Shown: positions 59,591 to 64,000 of the stretch, in pieces
Position numbering within the stretch: the stretch's first letter is position 1
Layout of the letters: each line of letters opens with the position of its first letter
Source: a virus
Lineage: Duplodnaviria; Caudoviricetes
IMG/VR virus record: IMGVR_UViG_3300012667_000440
Coordinates: 30,558 to 94,557 of that record
DNA length: 64,000 bases
Reading direction: 5' to 3' (one strand)
Translations under genes and position numbers: made by a program
Notes under the pieces: generated by a model
The model's input: the letters and a program-made list of their open reading frames with translations, nothing else
Database searches by the model: none
Told to the model about the DNA's origin: nothing

Positions 59591-60793
59591 ATGGCAATAA
59601 TCTCAGGACCTAAAATTCCAAAAACCGGATTAGTGTTCCACTACGACATGGGCAATACTGTTAAGTCGTGGAAAGGTGCGCCTGTAGTAAATCTAGCACT
59701 TTATACTGATTATTCAAATCGTAATTATAATACTGCATACGACATTGGCGGCTGGGGAGGAGATGACGCTGATGTATTTTACTACAATAGTGGCGGGTAT
59801 AACAATCTTCCGTATAAGAAAATGGTTAAACATACAGGCGGCACAGGCGGCTCTTATATTAACGAACACGGCTATTTTACATTGGTTGAAGGAAAAACGT
59901 ATGTCATAACATGCTATATGAGATCAAACATTGTTACAACAGTAAGCGGTCATACTCTTGCATTAAACAGGGATTCTGATAATGCATACCGGGTTCCTGC
60001 AGATATAGCATTAACTACAGACTGGGTTAAACAAAGCTGGACGTATACGTGTGCAGTAGGGGAAGGTGGCACAACTTATCATTTTAGACAGATTGTTTAT
60101 AACGATACATTTTTACCAGTAGAAGTGTATTGGTGCGGCTTACAAATTTCCGAAGGAACTATTTCATATCCGTATGTAAATGGCACTCGTTCAAATACAC
60201 AGGCAATTGTAGGCCTTATCGGCAATAATACTATCACTGCCGATAGTTTAACTTATGTTACCAACGGAACTTTTAAGCTAAATGGAACCTCAGACGTCTT
60301 TTCTACATCGCCATCTGTCACTTTAACATCCAGTTATTCGATAGAAGCTTGGATAAAACGAGATGTAACATCTGTTCCCCACGGCATTATGGCAGACCTC
60401 CAATATAGTTGGTGGTTATTTTATATAAACAGCGGAAATAAACTTGTGTTGCAACACGCCCGCAATTTGCCCTCATACGTTATTAATTCTGTTGCAGGTA
60501 ACACTAATATAGGAACAATATGGACACACGTAACAGGAGTGTTTGATGCCTCTGCTGGTATGCGATTATATGTAAATGGTTCATTAGATGGATCAAATAG
60601 CAACACTGCTGTATTTGATTTAGGTGCAGGTCGAGGCCCTCAATATATAGGAGTCATGCGGGAAGGAGCGGCCGGTGTGAATTCGAGCTACTTTAATGGA
60701 AATATTAGTGCTATTAAAATATACAATAGAAATATTTCAGCGGCAGAAATACAAGAAAACTTTGAAGCAACACGAGGAAGATATGGAATTTAA
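59591..60793 (+). CDS. LamG-like lectin protein 3 with an inserted carbohydrate-binding-like domain
   Basis: Conserved termini; WTHVTGVFD....RLYVNG LamG motif; an insert of roughly 170 aa. Confidence 0.8.
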   Translation: MAIISGPKIPKTGLVFHYDMGNTVKSWKGAPVVNLALYTDYSNRNYNTAYDIGGWGGDDADVFYYNSGGYNNLPYKKMVKHTGGTGGSYINEHGYFTLVEGKTYVITCYMRSNIVTTVSGHTLALNRDSDNAYRVPADIALTTDWVKQSWTYTCAVGEGGTTYHFRQIVYNDTFLPVEVYWCGLQISEGTISYPYVNGTRSNTQAIVGLIGNNTITADSLTYVTNGTFKLNGTSDVFSTSPSVTLTSSYSIEAWIKRDVTSVPHGIMADLQYSWWLFYINSGNKLVLQHARNLPSYVINSVAGNTNIGTIWTHVTGVFDASAGMRLYVNGSLDGSNSNTAVFDLGAGRGPQYIGVMREGAAGVNSSYFNGNISAIKIYNRNISAAEIQENFEATRGRYGI

Positions 60794-60795
60794 AT

Positions 60796-61932
60796 ATGAC
60801 AATTAATTATAATCCGAGAGTCGTTACTGATGGTTTAGTTGCGCATTATGATGCTGCAAATTATAAAAGTGCGTCTAACATTACACGCAATCTTTTGCCA
60901 GAAGCGGAAAATCTTGCCAGTGCAAATTGGACAAAAGAAGGAGGGTTTGGAACAGTAACAACCAACTACAGTCTTGCACCCAATGGAACACGAACTTCTA
61001 CAAGATTGCAATATTCAAGTGGCTATTTTTATAGAAGGTCCGACACTGCGCCGGCAATATTGGCATTAACTGCCGGTACTGTTATCACATATTCGTGCTG
61101 GGTCAAAGGTGCACCGCAAGCTGGCCGAGGAATCGGAATTTGGTCTTACGCAGTCGGCGGCATTGTGACGGCATCGACGCAGGCCATTAACGCTACTACT
61201 TGGACTCGTGTATCTCTTACCTATACTATTGCAGCCGGAGCAACAACATTTGCAATTATGCTATCTGGGGCTCCTGGTAATATATTTCAAGGCGACATAG
61301 AAGTATGGGGACCTATGTTGGAGATAGGTTCTACATTAACTGATTACTACCCGCCTGCCCAACGTTCTACTACTTGGACTGATATCACTGGCAACGGATA
61401 TAACGCAACATTAATTAATTCACCAGTGTATAGTCAAGATAACGGCGGCAGTTTAATGTTTTCAGGAACACAATACGCCGCAGTGGCCAACCCGTTGATC
61501 ACACAACCTACTCTGATGCAAGAGTGGACAGTATCTGCATGGTTAAAAGTTGACGACACAACAACTCAGAATTTATTAAATTTGAATAATGGATTATATC
61601 CCTCATACGGCACAAATAATTCTTTGCTATATTTAAACGGCGGCGTGGATGATTATTACACCTACGGCGGAGACATTGGCAATACAGGGTGGAGTTACGT
61701 GACTTTTAGATTTAAGAACAGCACTGGGTATAGGACTATATATAAAAATGCTATAAACATTTCTACCAGTGGCCCAAATAATACCAGCCGACCTTCAGGA
61801 AATCCTAACACGTTGACTATTGCAGGTAACTTGCGAGGAAATTTATCTAAGTTGGAAATTTATAATAGAGTATTATCTGATACAGAAGTCCGACAAAACT
61901 TTAACGCTGCTCGCGGGAGGTACGGAGTATGA
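60796..61932 (+). CDS. LamG-like lectin protein 4 with an inserted carbohydrate-binding-like domain
   Basis: Conserved termini; NLLP..E.....W...TYSCWVK...WTRVSLT...WGPMLE.G...TDY insert. Confidence 0.8.
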   Translation: MTINYNPRVVTDGLVAHYDAANYKSASNITRNLLPEAENLASANWTKEGGFGTVTTNYSLAPNGTRTSTRLQYSSGYFYRRSDTAPAILALTAGTVITYSCWVKGAPQAGRGIGIWSYAVGGIVTASTQAINATTWTRVSLTYTIAAGATTFAIMLSGAPGNIFQGDIEVWGPMLEIGSTLTDYYPPAQRSTTWTDITGNGYNATLINSPVYSQDNGGSLMFSGTQYAAVANPLITQPTLMQEWTVSAWLKVDDTTTQNLLNLNNGLYPSYGTNNSLLYLNGGVDDYYTYGGDIGNTGWSYVTFRFKNSTGYRTIYKNAINISTSGPNNTSRPSGNPNTLTIAGNLRGNLSKLEIYNRVLSDTEVRQNFNAARGRYGV

Positions 61933-62618
61933 GTTTAGGACATAGCCCAAGAATAGTCACTGATGGACTAGTTTTACTTCTGGATGCGGCCAATCCTCGT
62001 AGCTATCCTGGTACAGGAACTACCTGGACTGACTTGAGCGGTAATGGAAATCATGCAACATTGATCAATTCACCGACATGGAATACAAGGGAGAGTTTTA
62101 CATTTAATGGAATTAATCAATATGCAACCCTAACATCAATTCCAAAAATATGTCAGAATTTGTATTCGTCGACTGTAGAAATTATTGCATATCGAACTAA
62201 TAATACATCGCCTTCTCTTGAAGTTATGTTTGGCGGCGGTGTACAAAACACAAATGCTGGATATTATTTTGGATTTAGGAATTCTGCAAGTAATTTTATG
62301 CTGGCTTACTACTCTAACGACCAAGATGGCTCTACTCCTAAAAGTAATGTTGCATGGAATAGTTATGTAGGCACTTACGATACTACAACTGCATCACGAT
62401 ATAGATATTTCAACGGATCGTTATTAAGTCCGTCGCAATCTTCGGGAGTGTCAAACACTTCAGCAAGTCAATTCTATATTGGTGCGTTTAATGATGTAGG
62501 AACTCCTGTATTTTATTTTTCTGGAAAAATTGCATCTATTAAAATTTATAGCCGTACCTTAACACAGTCGGAAATTACACAAAATTTTGCAGCCATGCGA
62601 GGGAGATATGGAATATGA
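61929..62618 (+). CDS. LamG/concanavalin-A-like lectin protein 5
   Basis: IVTDGLVLLLDAANPRSYPGTG ... QNFAAMRGRYGI. Confidence 0.8.
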   Translation: MSLGHSPRIVTDGLVLLLDAANPRSYPGTGTTWTDLSGNGNHATLINSPTWNTRESFTFNGINQYATLTSIPKICQNLYSSTVEIIAYRTNNTSPSLEVMFGGGVQNTNAGYYFGFRNSASNFMLAYYSNDQDGSTPKSNVAWNSYVGTYDTTTASRYRYFNGSLLSPSQSSGVSNTSASQFYIGAFNDVGTPVFYFSGKIASIKIYSRTLTQSEITQNFAAMRGRYGI

Positions 62619-63250
62619 GCATACACGCTGGTCCAAATATAGCAGACACTGGGATACGATTATTATTTGATAAATCTAATACCTCTTCGTATTCTGGATC
62701 AGGCACTGCCTGGACTGATATTATTAGAAAATCAACATACACTAATACTTTGAGTATCGGAGCAGGATTAGACCCGTGGTTGGGTTCTGAATCGTCCGGA
62801 ATCACTATCAATGTAGCCTTAAAGAAATTAGGAACATTTGTAGGATACGCTGAACATCCGATATCAAAATGGAATAATACTTTGGATGCATCGTTTGTGT
62901 TGTATCATTTTGGTACAACAGGCCCTGCAAATTCTATTATGTGGTATGGTAATCGCGGCGGATCGTGGGGTAATATTTCTGATGGATTTACTGGAGAAAA
63001 TGGTAAAACATATTTAATAACCTTGCAATACAATGATTTGACTGGCGGGCAACTATGGGTCAATGGCGTTAAAATTGGAAGCAGATCTACCCCGGGGATT
63101 AGAGCAACTTCTTCTGCAGAACTTAAAATTTTTGGCCCTGTGGGATCATCGACTGCTATTGTAGATTCGTGCTATATGTGGAGTAGAGAATTATCAGATG
63201 CCGAAGTGCTGCAAAATTTCAACTCAATGCGCGGCAGATATGGAATCTAA
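62615..63250 (+). CDS. LamG/concanavalin-A-like lectin protein 6
   Basis: SYSGSGTAWTD ... RELSDAEVLQNFNSMRGRYGI. Confidence 0.78.
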   Translation: MSIHAGPNIADTGIRLLFDKSNTSSYSGSGTAWTDIIRKSTYTNTLSIGAGLDPWLGSESSGITINVALKKLGTFVGYAEHPISKWNNTLDASFVLYHFGTTGPANSIMWYGNRGGSWGNISDGFTGENGKTYLITLQYNDLTGGQLWVNGVKIGSRSTPGIRATSSAELKIFGPVGSSTAIVDSCYMWSRELSDAEVLQNFNSMRGRYGI

Positions 63251-63282
63251 CGCAGGGCTAAATATATTACACAATAATTGAT

Positions 63283-63909
63283 ATGGCAAACGCAGATAAA
63301 AACATCCTAATAACGCCCAATAGAAGCAGCACTACTGACCAGCCGAAGATTGAATTCACTGGACAGAATGCCGTTCCCATTACTTTAAGAATTACCGACG
63401 ACGGCGTTCTAAGTTTTGACGGATCTGCGGGACAGTTATTTTCCATCTCGAATAGTCTAACTGGCACACTATTCAGTGTCAACGATATTTCTGGACTACC
63501 TATTCTAGAAATTACAGATGCTCCTGCAATAGTGACCTATGGTCCGATTACTGGACAAGCAGGATCTACACTATTAGATGATATGAGTGGACTATGTAAT
63601 GATTACAATTGTGTATTCACACTCAAACAGAATCAAACGGCACTTGGTATCACTTACATCGTGGATTCAAAAGATTTAGAAGTTACACTAAACGGGCAAC
63701 GCCTACAACCTTACACTAGACAGAATGCGTTTGCATTTATGCCGTTGTATGACGGATACAAAGGATTTAGAGTAAGAGATAATAGGCTAATTATATACAA
63801 TGCACCCGCAGTAGGAAGTCAGCTAACTGTAATAGTTCGCAAGACCTCGAGTGCAAAACAAATACGCAGATACCCCTTTTCTGCAACAACAATCGGACTC
63901 GGAGATTAA
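63283..63909 (+). CDS. Virion structural/fibre-associated protein
   Basis: TAAATA at 63259-63264; shares the SF.G..GQLFSI..S.TGT.F.VNDISG.P module with the 53843 fibre. Confidence 0.65.
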   Translation: MANADKNILITPNRSSTTDQPKIEFTGQNAVPITLRITDDGVLSFDGSAGQLFSISNSLTGTLFSVNDISGLPILEITDAPAIVTYGPITGQAGSTLLDDMSGLCNDYNCVFTLKQNQTALGITYIVDSKDLEVTLNGQRLQPYTRQNAFAFMPLYDGYKGFRVRDNRLIIYNAPAVGSQLTVIVRKTSSAKQIRRYPFSATTIGLGD

Positions 63910-63912
63910 AAA

Positions 63913-64000
63913 ATGGCAAAAAAAGTAATTGATAGTATGTATACGTTTAACCCTGCAACTCGCACGGTAACGATTACCAATAGATTTATTAGACAAGAAA
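63913..64000 (+). CDS. Start of the next structural gene (partial)
   Basis: GGAG upstream; MAKKVIDSMYTFNPATRTVTITNRFIRQE, open to the window end. Confidence 0.6.
   Translation, partial: MAKKVIDSMYTFNPATRTVTITNRFIRQE

Noticed and set aside
60791-60798. TAAATA directly overlapping the 60796 start
   Set aside because: Explained by a TAA stop followed by AT-ATG; a transcript starting here would miss the start codon.
58165-63250. Diversity-generating retroelement acting on the lectin genes
   Set aside because: No reverse transcriptase and no template/variable repeat pair differing at adenines seen in this window.
1-64000. Stop-codon reassignment as in some large phages
   Set aside because: Core genes are full length in the standard code, and TAA, TGA and TAG (17313-17315) all appear as stops.

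Overview
This 64-kb window is a dense, AT-rich piece of a large T4-superfamily myophage genome, covering mostly virion morphogenesis. From left to right: (1) a minus-strand baseplate module (a giant wedge protein cut by the window edge, then gp6-, gp25-, gp5-, hub-, gp53- and gp48/54-like genes); (2) a plus-strand block with the late sigma factor gp55, a SAM methyltransferase, gp47/gp46, an Hc1 histone-like protein and a small GIY-YIG nuclease, followed by about 500 nt of ORF-free, very hairpin-rich sequence; (3) a gp26-like chaperone pair joined by a candidate -1 frameshift and divergent from a tape-measure gene; (4) the head module (gp20 portal, core proteins, gp21, gp22, gp23); (5) about 34 kb of fibre and receptor-binding genes, including a 2460-aa repeat protein, collagen-like fibres, small adaptor proteins and six tandem LamG-type lectin genes. 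Top leads: the large structured non-coding element next to the GIY-YIG/Hc1 genes, the T TTT TTC frameshift, leaderless late genes (TAAATA-N5-ATG), two related structured 5' leaders, and an apparent docking grammar that chains the fibre proteins. All family calls rest on motif recognition and gene order by eye; no searches or folding programs were run.
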